Shown: positions 27,926 to 42,438 of the stretch, piece after piece
Position numbering within the stretch: position 1 is the first letter of the stretch
Layout: each line of letters begins with the position of its first letter
Assembly: GCF_006345805.1 (NCBI RefSeq)
Contig: NW_021833916.1
Location: forward strand, 1-53,772
DNA: 53,772 nt
From: Octopus sinensis
Lineage: Eukaryota
Direction: 5' to 3'
Notes under the pieces: generated by a model
What the model saw: the letters and a program-made list of their open reading frames with translations, nothing else
Database searches by the model: none
Told to the model about the DNA's origin: nothing
Program-made: the position numbers and the translations under genes

Positions 27926-28611
27926 ATCTGTCGATGATGAAATCAATGCAAGACTGCGAATGTTCAAGATAGGTTTATATTTTGATAAAGAAGTCTATGG
28001 TAGTTGAAATAAACGTCTAACTGAATCGAGGGTGTTTATCTGGTGTTTGATAACCAAACAAAAACTAATAGACTTCCCTTCACTCAGTTTAAATTAATCA
28101 AAGAATAACGACAATCTCTAAAGCAGATTAGCTTGGATGACAAGCTAGAAAAGTAGGTAACCATTGAGTAAATACAGGAGATGACATTTAAAAATCTAGT
28201 GTCATAAATTTTGTTCACCCAGATATTTTGACACCGCCATTGATATTTCCTGAACGGGATAATGGGAAACTCTCATCACCAGTTTCTGATATTTCAGTTA
28301 TATTTGAACATGAATATAATGATTCTGGGAGTCTTAACTTCCTGATGTATTAACCCTGCGTAACTGTGCATTTTCTCTCTTCATTTTCGAAGTAGAAACG
28401 AGATATATGTTTAGGTATGTCATCACAATTACGCCTTCTGTAATCTTTCGTAACCTTCTGTCAGTGGGTTTGCATTCGTCTTTGTGTGTGTGTGTGTGTG
28501 TGTCTGAATGTAGACATATACCTTTACACAAATCAGAAGAGAGAAATAATTTGTTGACATCTCTTGACGAAAATAGTTCCTTGATGATAAAATGAGTTGT
28601 CGCAAAGTCAG

Positions 28612-28660
<49 letters not shown>

Positions 28661-28810
28661 GGATAACAATAAGAACAAAGAAGAAACAGCACAACCAAAA
28701 TAGAAGCAGCAACATCTTAATTGGGCGAGTAGAAATTTTTCAGGATTGTCGTTCAAACTCCCAAAGGTAATATCATTGCTTTCCCCATATAAAACACACA
28801 CACACACCAC

Positions 28811-28900
<90 letters not shown>

Positions 28901-29602
28901 ATATATATATATACATATATAATTATATATATATATATATAATACAATACAGAGAGAGAGAGATATAAAGAGAGAGAGATGGGAGGATAGATAGGTGGAT
29001 GGGTGGAGATACAGCTACATACAGATACATATACATACGCATATGCAAAAAGTATATATTTCTACGTATATATATATATATTATATATATATATATGTGT
29101 GTGTGTGTGTATACACTTACATATATATATAACTACATACATATCTATATGTATATATGTATATATATATGTGTGTGTGCGCGTATGTATGTGAGTGTGT
29201 GTGTGTGTGTGTGTGTCTGTGTGTGTGTGTGTGTGTTTGTATGTATATACATATAGTGGTGGGCAGGGTATTGGAAACGTCAATATATTCTGTCAACTAT
29301 TTCCTTCTAATTTGTTTATTTTTGTGCAAAATTCATTAATGAGGAGACTGCATAAAAGTGAAAAATATCAAATTCAGAGCGACCATTTATACATATAATT
29401 AAACGCAATTTTAACTATTGCACTTGGGTACTTGGAAATCATATGAAACCTTCTATATTAATGTATAAACAAATGGAATATTTTCTCCGTCTGTTCATAA
29501 ATAAACAGCCACTTTGAGATTTAATAGCTCTCGCCTGAAATGAAATTGGGGTGAAAGCTAGAATTCGTGAAGGTTAGAATTCGTCTAAAAATTTTTTATC
29601 TT

Positions 29603-30668
29603 CACAGGGTGTGGACAAAATATTGGAAACAACACATGTTGTTCAATTATTCTTTTCTATTAGCCATATGATAAGTTGAACATTGTACCAGTCTGAGTCT
29701 GTATGTATGTGTTGATATGTGTAAGTTCTACCTTGTATTTTATGATACAGCCCTCTCTTTGTCTTGGTTTTTATCGACAGATATCTATATTTATGGAGGT
29801 TAAAATGCGTTGCGTGTGTGATTTGAGAGGGGGGCAAGTTTTTTGAGTGAGGATTGCTTGAGCTTCAGTCTTTAAAACATGTTTAACGTTTAATTTTCGA
29901 GCTCAGTAGATTCTAAAATCACGTTAACAATCCAAAACAAATATGAAACAAGCTCTAACAGTCTTAAATCTGAATGCAACTCAAATCGGACAGATAGCAA
30001 TCACAGAATAATGAAATATATTATGTTTAAAGGTTATCGAACTGTGACAGCAAACACGAGGAGAGAGTTAAACCACTAACTTTCTGATTCCTTGTCAACC
30101 AAAACTGTTCGCTGTGTGTGCTGTAAAGCTGGATAGCTGGATAACATGGGAGAACTGCAATTGCTAAACGTCTCCTTTTGTACATCAACATTGATAAGCG
30201 TGAAATTTGTTACTGGATTGTCAGAATTAACCAAGGGCTCAACAGAAAAACGTTATTCTCTCTGGTGTACTATCATGTACCATTTTCACACTTCGGGACG
30301 ATATTATGTCTGGAGAATACCAAATTAAGCATGGCAATGAATCTACGATGAGTTTGGGGGGCGCATACGGAATTATCATGGCTTTATAGTTATTCAACGT
30401 GGCAGAATTGACACAATGGTTTATCTCAGAATTTCAGATAATGGTATCGAACGTACGGTACAAATATCCCTCCTTGATGGTAGCACAATCTTCCAAGATT
30501 GTAGTACACCAATTCACACAAACTATGAAATTCGGAATTTGTACGAAAGCAGAACATTGATGAAGAGCATTTCAAATGACACAACACAATCACAGGATCT
30601 CAATATAGTGAAATATTTATGATGCATTTTGGAACAACAGATAAATAGCTTGTTCACTGCACCATCGA
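29603..30668 (+). pseudogene. decayed Tc1-family transposon (left TIR plus transposase pseudogene)
   Basis: TIR-like ACAGGGTGTGGACAAAATATTGGAAACA. Translated fragments include RELNH*LSDSLSTKTVR..HGRTAIAKRLL (Tc3-type HTH), HTSGRYYVWRIP, IFQDCSTPIHT (compare IFQDDNAPIHT) and QSQDLNIVKYL*CILEQ (compare QSPDLNIIEPLW). Stops and frameshifts are present. Confidence 0.85.
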
Positions 30669-30859
30669 TACACACACACGCACACGCACATACACATGCA
30701 CACACACACACACCCATATTCACAGATATGTGTTTGAGTGTGTATGTATGTGAATAAGTGTGTGTGTGTGTCTGTATATGTCTGTGTGTGCAGGCGGCTG
30801 TATCACAGCGCTCATATCTTTGGACAATTTAGGCGGTGTGTCTTGCAGTGATAAAGAAA

Positions 30860-31140
30860 TCCAGTGCAAATCCGTGGCCTATTTCACGTTGAAAAGAAGT
30901 TGTGATATCTGGGTAGAAAATGCTTTCGGCCGAAAGTTTCTGATTTCTTCGATTTAACATTAATTCAATGCAAACGATATAGTGATTGTTTAGGGCGAAC
31001 CTTTCAACAGATTAGAATGATTTCCGATTCCCATATTTCAATAAGATTTTGGTGAGGAGCTACACTACTGAGGAAAAAGCCGATACACATGTCGTCCAAA
31101 CTTTCGAAACCGGGTGTAGGATGGCCATTTAACTGATATA
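30860..31140 (+). pseudogene. possible PLE GIY-YIG endonuclease remnant followed by a decayed hammerhead
   Basis: IQCKRYSDCLGRTFQQIR resembles the PLE motif FxCxCxxxYIGRTxQRL. Downstream lies CTACAC..CTGAGGA-AAAAG...CTTTC-GAAACCGG-GTGTAG (31062-31119). Confidence 0.45.
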
Positions 31141-32079
31141 AAAATAGTTTTTCATTACTGCTATACAGCCACCTCATTCCGTGTAATGTTGCGTTATTTC
31201 CAGAGACGCACTATGACACGACAACATATTCAGCCTGTTAGTACTTTCTGACGACTCTCTCATCGACTGCATTTTACTAAATCAGAAAATGTCTTTTGAA
31301 GAATGGAGGCGTAGATATAGAAATTTTGTTACAGAAAATAAAGCAAGGGGTGTTCACTGCTGTATCGTTTCCTTTTATACATCTGCTTCAACAGAGCCGG
31401 CTTCAAGTTAAGACAACAACAACAACAACAACAGCGGCAACATCAAGAACAGGCGTCTGACTAGTAGCAGTAACTCTACCAACGACTGTAGCTACACGAA
31501 CAATAGCGAACAGCGCACAACTGCATTGTGTCATACTAAAATGCTACCATTAGTCGAACAGTAAGCTTGTCTCTATTAAATATTCCGTTTAGGAAAAGAA
31601 ACGTTTAAAAATATGTAGAAGCTGATGATGATAAAGAGTCTTAATAGGAGCACTACGAGCGAGCTACTAGTGAACTACTATCGAAAATCACGTTAGCAAT
31701 AAAAACTCAAAGAAAACCTTAAAGATAATTAATCAAAGATAATTTGATAAGACTATCAAAGACAAGAAAGACGCTTTTCCAATCAGAGTAACTCAATTTA
31801 CAACACTAATTACAAATTTGTTTTTAACTCCTGCAGATACAAAATTATTTTATATGTTACGTAGATAACACGCCATCGAGCAAAGTTGACTCAATGAGGT
31901 TAGTTTCCGGGCAACTGAACTAAAAATACAATTTCTATTTCCGGTGGTAACCATTCCACTTCCGTTTATATCTCTAATTATCCTTTGAAAAGAAAAATAT
32001 ATATGCATACGTGAACGTCCGTGTAAAACACGTGGTGTATCTGTAATTGGAGGTCTTGTGCAGCATAATTATAGTGTTG

Positions 32080-32810
32080 GTTGCAGTACTACTGTGATGG
32101 TGGTAGTTGTGGTGGTGGTGCTGAATGATGGTGTAGGTGGTGGTAGTGGTGGTGCTGAATGATGGTGTAGGTGGTGGTAGTGGTGGTGGTAAGTGGTTGA
32201 TAGTCATTGTGGCGGATGTCGTCTTTGTGAAAGTGGTCGTGGAGGTGATGGTGGTGGAGATGGTGGAGGAGGTGGTGGTGGTGAAGGGAATGGCTGTAAA
32301 ACTAATGGGATCGGCAATGATTTTTGTAGTATTAGTAGTAGTATTCGTCGTAGTAGTAGTAGTAATATTAGTATTATTATTATTATTAGTAGTAGTAGTA
32401 ATATTAGTAGTAGTAGTAGTAGTAGTAGCAGCAGTAGTATTAGTAGTAGTTGTAGTAGTAGTAGTGGTAGTAGTGGTAGTAGTAGAGTGGTGGTGTGGTA
32501 ATGGTGGATGCCTTTGCACTGCTGATGGTGGTGGTGGGCGTGGTTTGGTGGATTTGGCAGTGGATATCATGCCAGTAGCGCTGGTGGTGGTAGTGATGGA
32601 AGCGGTGATGGTGGTGATGGTGGTGGTGGTGGTGGCGGCGTTGGTTGGAATGGTTTCACAGCTGGCGTTGCGCTCGAGGAGGTCGTCGTTGAAGTGGTGA
32701 AGACGGAGGATGGGAGATGAATGATAGAGATAGCTCAGGTTGGCGGGATTGGTGGTGATGATGGTCGTGGTGCCACTGCTGCTGATGATGATGGTGGTGA
32801 TGATGACTAT
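32080..32810. repeat. low-complexity (GGT)n/(AGT)n/(GAT)n region
   Basis: Mixed trinucleotide tracts give open frames on both strands, with no recognisable domain. Confidence 0.85.
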
Positions 32811-33479
32811 CGCTGTGTTCTTTCATTTTTGTTGCCGCTGTATAGCTAGATCTTGGTCTGTATTTGGTTTCTAGCAATCGATCTCCCCTGAGTGTACCCT
32901 GCAATGCTTGTCTGGTCCGGTATCGCCACCAGGAGTTTATACAATTCTTTGTCAATGTTTTCGCGAAGGTTCCTATAATATTTCTGATTTCTTCATGTTA
33001 TGGGGAATTAGTAATAATGGTGCATACCTCCCACTATAAGTAAGGTGAAGTTGGCGATATCAAGAGTGTACGTAGAATAAAAGAGTAGGTGTATTAATGT
33101 GTTGACAGTCGTGTCTGTGCTGATATAGTAATTATACTGTGATAGTGAGTGGATATTATAACGATCCAACCTTTTGAAGATAATGATACTGTTACGAGTG
33201 GGGGTCGTACAGTGCCAGATAGAACCATTCTATCGATGACTTCAGAATATAACAATATGTGTCAGAGCGACAACTGTCAACAGTAGCAAAAGACCGCTTT
33301 ACAATACTGCAGTAGGAACTTGGCCGGTTCCAGCAGTGATATTAGCAATGGTGTTTCCGAAGATAGGAAGAGTGTCTTGGTAGTTGATGTGATGGCAAAG
33401 GTCGATGCCGGTGTAGTCTGTGATCTACATCAACTTAAATCAAGACCAGCTTGTGATCTACATTCAAAATTTTGCTATA

Positions 33480-33782
33480 ATTCAAATCTTTATTATTTCT
33501 CCTTCGCATTTGCTGCATGGATCAATATCTCCATGTTCATCAAGGAGTTCATAGCATCGGAGAAATTGCTTTGCAGCTTCTTCATCTCGAACAAACTTTC
33601 TATAAACTTCTTTTGCTCTCACCACGACTTCTTTCAATAGGATTTAATTTCTATTTTTGCTTCACCTTACTTTAATTAAATATTCTAAATGAGCTTAATT
33701 ACTCGACTTACCTCAGTTTTGTTTGCGTTTTTCTTTGCTATACACATACTGACTCGGAAGGTCACAACGAATTATTAGTTCC
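33480..33782 (-). mobile_element. Merlin/IS1595-like transposon 5' end with an N-terminal transposase fragment
   Basis: The minus strand begins GGAACTAATAATTCG, which fits Merlin GGNRM termini. 33640-33480 translates LLKEVVVRAKEVYRKFVRDEEAAKQFLRCYELLDEHGDIDPCSKCEGEI, similar to the DEExAxxFL...CxxC start of the IS1595/Merlin zinc ribbon. Confidence 0.5.
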
Positions 33783-33840
33783 AGCCTCAGTTGTGAACTT
33801 GGAACAAACGGACGGCCATTTTATATATATATATATTATG

Positions 33841-35700
<1,860 letters not shown>

Positions 35701-35799
35701 AGTGTGTTAATATATTAATCTAAATATATACCTGCATACATATCCATATACACACACATACATATATATATATATATGTAAGTATGTATGTGTATATAT

Positions 35800-35898
35800 A
35801 TACTCACATATATTATATATATATATACTCACATATATTATATATATATATATATATATACTCACATATATTATATATATATATATATATATACTCAC

Positions 35899-35930
<32 letters not shown>
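35800..35930. repeat. minisatellite [ACTCACATATATT(AT)n] x4
   Basis: CTCACATATATT recurs at about 35803, 35828, 35861 and 35894, separated by variable (AT)n. Confidence 0.85.
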
Positions 35931-35942
<12 letters not shown>

Positions 35943-36064
35943 AGAGAGGGAGAGGTATAAATATTTAAAGACATTGAACGTATGTCAGCATAGACATGTA
36001 TATGAACATATATAAATTCTCTATGTATCCATATATATGCATTTATGCATATGTACATATGCTG

Positions 36065-36095
<31 letters not shown>

Positions 36096-37126
36096 ACATA
36101 TATATATATATACATACATACATATATATTATGTAGATAATTAGATATTTGTATATATTAGAAGATAGCTAGATAGATAGATAGATAGATAGATAATTAG
36201 ATAGATAGATATATATATAGAAAGATAGACAGCTAGATAGATAGATAGACAGATATGTTGATAGATTACTTGTATTACTAAACGTGAAAAACAATTAGGA
36301 AACGAATAATAAATATTGATATGATTTTTTTACATTATTCGATATATTTAAAGTATAATGTGAAAATATTAAATATTTTTATTGCCATAGAAATAAGTCG
36401 TATAGTTTACTTTAAGTTTAGTCAAAATGGAAATAGAAATATTTAGAAAATTTGGAAAAATGAAAACTATTATATTTAAGGTTCAGAGAAGGAAAGTAAA
36501 ATTGATTTTAATGTAAGGTGTCACATCTAAGTTTAAAAACCATGCACAGATACATACAGACATATATTCATATTATATCATCCTCTGTGTGTTTGTGTAT
36601 GTGCTTCTGTGTGTGTGTGTGTGTGTGTGTGGATACATATGTGCGGTTATGTGTTTTAACGACTTGGATATAGTACAATGTATATGTATATATATATGTG
36701 TATGTGTCTATATGTGGGTGTGTGTATTTTGTACGTGTGCACATATATGTACGTGCGCTTGTGGCTTTATGTGTTTCAACGATTTGGCCTATTATGCAAC
36801 GCATGCGCGCATATATCTATATATATATATATATATATATGAAATGCATAAATGTATATACATTTTCTTTTCTGTGTATTTGTATGTATATATACACACA
36901 CATATATATATGCACACACATATGTATATGCATATACAATTATATATATAGATATATATTCACACAAATGTATATATACATACATAAATATATACATATA
37001 AATATATTCACATATATGTACGTATAATATATATGTATAATATATATATATATATAATATATATTATATATATATATATGTATATATATGTATGTATATA
37101 TAAATAAATATATGTATATATATATG

Positions 37127-37159
<33 letters not shown>

Positions 37160-38171
37160 TTAGAAAAGCACGATGTGACATCAAGTTTAAAACCTATTAT
37201 CAACATTTGAAAAGAGGAGGATCGCACACTCTAAAACCATTTATATACACCTGTCGACAGCCTCTCAGAACTACACCATACAGACACTTACTCACTCTCA
37301 CACACACACACACATAATACACAATCATGTATACATACACGTTTTTATGTTAGTTTATGTGAACATGTTTATATATGTGTGTGCGCGTGCAAGTGCATTT
37401 ATTTGTACAATTCTATGTAAGTGTGTACCATGTATTAAAATTCATCTAAATTTGTATTTTTTTTTTTACCTGAATAATAAGTGAAACTTCTTTTTATTTC
37501 TTTATTCATAAAGGTATGAGTATCCTATCAGGAATAACGAGCGTGTTATATGTTTCAATTTAGGGATGAACAAATTATGTTGTTTTTTTTCATATAATTC
37601 TTAATAATTTTCAAATATTACTTGACTTATTCATGGAACCCCCTCATATGATCCTTCTCACTTTGATTCCCTTCCAACATGCACGAAATGTACTTAGTTT
37701 CAATTTCCTTTTTTTAAGTATTTCACTTAGGCCGTAAATTAAATTTCTCATCTCTTCTGTTTTGCTGTTGAGTTATGGATCATTATTCATAATTCTGCTT
37801 CATCTCCTGCAGACACGATAATATATCAAGCACCATCACATCATTCCATCTACCTTCCTCAAACATGGATTATTTCACGAACGTTATATTTGCCAAACTT
37901 GTTTACGCAATTTGCTTCCGACACGTGTTTCTAGAGAACTGATGCAGATAAATCAACGCGTTCGGTGATCTGGTTGCTTACCGATTTCCTTCTCTCCTCG
38001 ACATCATTCCTTCGAGTGTATACATACGTCCACACACACACACACACATACACACATACTCACAAATATACATATATATAAATATTGAGGACTTAATTTC
38101 CTTCTTAGGGATTTTTTTATGCGGATATCAACATGTGTCATTAAATATATTGAGACAAACTTATGCGATAT

Positions 38172-38204
<33 letters not shown>

Positions 38205-38208
<4 letters not shown>

Positions 38209-38440
38209 AGTGTTTATTGAGCGAAAACACCTAAAAGCTCCACGAGGCTCCGGCAGGGGGTGGTGGCGATCTCTGCTGTACTCTTTCGCCACAACTTTTT
38301 CTCACTCTTTCTTCTGTTGGCCTGCTCGCTTAGCCAGCGGGGTGGCGTCACTTGAAGGCTAAAACAATGCGAGGCGCATTGTGACCAGCGATGTGTAACA
38401 ACATCTGATGGCCTGGTCGGTCACGGTGATCACGGTGATA
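38205..38440 (+). mobile_element. 5'-truncated SINE with the family V body and a different 3' module
   Basis: GAGCGAAAACACCTAAAAGCTCCACG..CTCTTTCGCCACAACTTT matches family V. It is followed by GGGGTGGCGTCACTTGAAGGCTAAAACAATGCG...GGTCACGGTGATCACGGTGATA, which also stands alone at 50607-50710. Confidence 0.75.
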
Positions 38441-38523
38441 TGTATAAGGAGAATATCTCCCCACACGACCTCGGAGTCCTAATAAATTATTATTTATATT
38501 ATTTGAGTATTCGAGAATATGGT

Positions 38524-38578
38524 CGTCAACTTAATATTTCGTTGCTCATCTCCAGAAAGTGAACAACATCTCTGACGA
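38524..38578 (-). ncRNA. decayed minimal hammerhead (PLE-type)
   Basis: The minus strand reads GTCAGAGAT-GTTGTTCA..TGAGCAAC (8-bp helix II)-GAAATATT-AAGTTGAC. The CUGANGA box is partly deleted. Confidence 0.45.
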
Positions 38579-38764
38579 AATCCGGACATAACGTGCGGTT
38601 ATTATACATCTGACATCGCTTGATTGGTGATGATATGAAGGATTCTTTTATGTTTATTTCTTTTGTTGTTTATATATGTAGGTAAATGGATAATAAAACG
38701 AATGGTTTACACCTGGTAGCTTACTGGTAAAGCACGGTCGCTTTCAGAGTGAGCGTTATATCTA

Positions 38765-39202
38765 TATAACAAATGAAAGACAAGATGAAATATACAATAA
38801 TTTATTATTAATACGACTCTTGTATGAGTGTGTGTACTTGTGCCATGCAGCTTGCCCGGCAGTGTTTCTATATCCATATCTTTTAACGGTTATATTCAAT
38901 ACTTTTCTCGCTGGATTACGTGTTTGTTTCTCTTTTTGTTATCTGTTTTTTTCTTTTAGTTTTGATCTTCCATTTCCTCCGTCTGGCTGCTTTTCTTTCT
39001 GCAAAACGGGAAGTTGCATTGCGGAGCAGTGATTTTAACGAGTTGTATATATTTATCACCCGACGCGATACATCTGCACCACCGGATACCCCTGAACCAG
39101 TTGTTGAGTGTCCCACCCAAGAGGAATCAATGCTAGATCTGTTGAAACAATTGTCTTGGTTAATAATAAATTCTCGTATACTCCATCTTCTGTCTTTCAT
39201 TG

Positions 39203-39209
<7 letters not shown>
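38765..39209 (+). mobile_element. PLE-like element with inverted termini and a hammerhead remnant
   Basis: AATGAAAGACAAGATGAAATATACAATAATTTATTATTAA (about 38772-38811) is inverted against TTAATAATAAATTCTCGTATACTCCATCTTCTGTCTTTCATT (39160-39201). CCAA-GAGGA...GAAACAATTGTC-TTGG at 39117-39159 lacks the CU of the core and is followed by AATAAA. Confidence 0.55.
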
Positions 39210-39248
<39 letters not shown>

Positions 39249-40114
39249 CATAGGTGTATGCGTGAGCGTGCGTATAAATTCATGAAAACGAGCACACTCG
39301 CTCAGCTGCAGCTATATCCATCCACACGTGCAAACGCCTGTGTGTGCGACTATGTTCATGTCTGAGTTTCTGTGCGTGTATGTGTCCGTATATGTGCGTT
39401 GTGTGTGTATGTGTGTGAGTGTGTGTGTGGGGGGTGGGTGTGTTTGTGTGTGTGTGTGTATGCGTGTGTCGTAACATGACACATTCTTGTCGTGGATGAT
39501 ACACACAGATAACGTAAAAATGAATTATCTTCGCACTATCTTCTATTTCTTTAATTAGCTTTTCGCTGATCAGAATTCGTTACGATACATGCATGATTAA
39601 ACACTAACACTAGCGTAGCGTCAATGTGATCGATTAACACTCTTCAGGACTCTGCTCTAGTACAGCCGGGGTCCAGTGGTTGAAACAAAAAAAAAAAGTA
39701 TTCTATAACATTGTACAGTTATGCCTCTTGTACAGGTATGTCCCTCGGCATCTCATTGCTCTCCGACCGGTTTATACAACGGAAATATTGCAGTCGAGTT
39801 TTCATCTTCTGCTTCTCTAAGCTTTTAAAATAGTATCCAAGATGTCCTTATCTCAAGTTGTTTACCAAGTTCTAACTAAGAGAGATTTAGAAGATATTTA
39901 TGTTTATACTTGAATAATTTGATCTAGATCTTTCCGCTTATATTAAACTCAATGACAGCTGACATATGTAGAAATTATTTGAAATCATCCTTCGATAATT
40001 TAGGAAATATTCGACTAATATAAGGAAGTACTTGTCTATTCTGGTACCTGAGTTTTTTATGATAAGCTTCCATGTGGAGGTGTGTATTGAACACATAAGG
40101 TGTTTTAGAACAAG

Positions 40115-40560
40115 GTAGCTAGATGGCTGAATCATTACCGCGCCGGGTAAATTGCCTAGCGGCATTTCATACAACTTTACTTTTGGAGTTCGAATACCGC
40201 CGAGGTCGACTTGGCCTTTTATCGCTTTTCAGGTCGATGAAATAATTAGCAGCTGAGCATTGGGTGTCGAGCTGATCGACTTACTCCCTCCTTCGAAATT
40301 GCTGGCCTAGTGCAGTAATTCGAAATCTATGTCATATTTTGGAATAAGGCAGTAAGGGGTAAGATTCGGTGGCACGCTGAGAAAATTGGTTCGTGAGATT
40401 TCATTCGTCTTTACGTTCAAATTCCACCAACGTTGACTTTTTTGTTTTCATCCTTCCGGGGGCGATATAATAAATACCAATTGAGCACTGGGGTTGATTT
40501 CATCGACTTAGTCCCTCGCTCGGTATCACGAAGCTCGAGCCAAAATTTGAAACGAATATA
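40115..40560 (+). mobile_element. two tandem degenerate family B SINEs
   Basis: GAGTTCGAATACCGCCGAGGTCGACTTGGCC and GTTCAAATTCCACCAACGTTGACTTT..TCATCCTTCCGGGG. Confidence 0.75.
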
Positions 40561-40999
40561 TTTTAGAAGGGAGATGCGCTTAGAATGCTCGATTCGCATC
40601 ATTCTCTTCTCTCTACTTTGATTTACCCCACGCACAGCAGCAATGTGGTAATGGTAGGTATACATACATACATACATACATGACTACAGAACAGTGACAC
40701 ACAGACACACACACGAAATAGTCGGAAGGTTCAACGAAACATGCATGAAACGTCGTGATACGCGTAATCTCCATGCTTCCGCACAGGAATTGCATAAAAA
40801 GAATCTTTTGACATACTTATTTCGATGCCAGTAATGCTGTGTAAAATACAATTTTCTGTTAGTATTTAGATAGGTGCGTGCCATTTTTGTATATACAAAT
40901 GAATACGTAAGTTTATATAACGTGATGCGTTCGTGTGTGAAAATGTATGTATAATTTTCTATACGTACAAGCGCACAAACATATATCTGCCTTTACCTT

Positions 41000-41049
<50 letters not shown>

Positions 41050-41559
41050 CTATATACATATATATATATATACAATATATATTGTGTGTGTGTGTTTGAG
41101 TGTGTATGCATATATGTGTGTATATATAAATATATATATATATTATATATATATATATGGAGAGAGAGAGAGAGGGTGTCAGAGAAAGGAGGAGAGAGAG
41201 ACACACAGAGAGACATGTATTTATGTAAATTCCATCCGTTTCCTCTAGAAGCACGTTCCTTTATAAGTGTCCACAGTTGATGCTGGATGTTCAAATTGAG
41301 ACTTGCAACATCATTTGAAGGGGTTTTGCATAACAAAAGAGGAAGTGGAATTTTATTATTATTATTTATTTTCCATTAGACGTGATTCGTTAGCTAATAG
41401 GAATCGCAAAAATTTATATCTTAAGGATAGACATCTAAGGAAATATTAGAAAAAATAGGAAATTACTTACATGTCTATCTTACATGTAATTCTTTGTAAT
41501 CCCTAATAGTAAATGTAACATGTTTAATGGAGACAAAATAATAATGATAATTCGCTTTC

Positions 41560-41910
41560 TTGTTTTGCTCTCTTCTCAGTAATGGTCTGTGCGTCATCCC
41601 CCTCACTCCATCCAATAATGAATTTCATACCCGTCAGGCTATATGCACTATCACACTGGACAGCGGTTCCTGGCCAGTTCTAAGTAGTCGATCATCTTGC
41701 AAGCATCTGCCAACGTGTTGTGGACCGGTTTTTAACAGTCACAGGCGTCCCCGACATTTTAATATCTCCCTAGCCGAACTTTCGGCCCCTCAATGTCACC
41801 AACACGCAAAGACATCTTCATAAAACGGGCTGACAAAGGTGGAGCCGTGGTTGTGAGGCACGCATACCTCTACGAGGCTGAAGCTCTCTGCCAACATCAA
41901 GACACCTTGT
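41560..41910 (+). pseudogene. Penelope-like element reverse transcriptase N-terminal fragment (frameshifted)
   Basis: SLLSNGLCVIPLTPSNNEF...FNISLAELSA, then after a frameshift RKDIFIKRADKGGAVVVRHAYLYEAEALCQHQDT. This matches the PLE hallmark DIVIKPADKGGAVVV..YxxEAxRQLxD. Confidence 0.85.
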
Positions 41911-42009
41911 ACATTTGTACATTGAAAAAGAAGTCTCATTAGATATGTTTTGTGTCGGCTGGCTTCTTGCTGTATGCCCACCCAGTTGGAGAATATCTTT
42001 CTAAGAAAT

Positions 42010-42210
42010 TTCTTAGATCGTTAGCCACTACGTACATTTTTTCTCTACTTGTTTCTCTCCTTGTTTTTTTCTCTGTGTCTCTTTCTGTAGAAGAGCGTAG
42101 GCTCGAAACGTAAAAGACTTTTTCTATTCCTGAGCGTTATACTAATACATCTGTTTGTTTCTACACCACCTGTCTTCGTCTTTTGTTTTTTTTCGTAGAC
42201 TCTCCCTATA
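42010..42210 (+). mobile_element. PLE-type pseudo-LTR/3' end with a minimal hammerhead variant at 42080-42117
   Basis: TCTTT-CTGTAGA-A-GAGC-GTAG-GCTC-GAAACGTA-AAAGA gives a 5-bp helix I, a 4-bp helix II and a palindromic ACGT helix III. The segment lies just downstream of the PLE RT fragment and ends in (TA)n. Confidence 0.7.
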
Positions 42211-42255
42211 TATATGTATATATATGTATATATATATATATATAAATATAATAAT

Positions 42256-42315
<60 letters not shown>

Positions 42316-42397
42316 TGATATATTGATGTATGATATATTGATATGGTACTCCAGCATGGGCGCTGTCAATTGACTGAAGCAAATAAAAGAATAACCG

Positions 42398-42438
<41 letters not shown>

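Noticed and set aside
31410-31566. Asn/Ser-rich open frame ending at a GTAAGC donor-like site
   Set aside because: There is an in-frame stop immediately upstream, no good acceptor and no recognisable similarity.
31974-32955. Thr/Pro/His-rich (minus) and Val- or Gly/Ser-rich (plus) ORFs resembling a mucin
   Set aside because: Overlapping ORFs on both strands arise from stop-free trinucleotide repeats, and there is no signal peptide, domain or clear splice structure.
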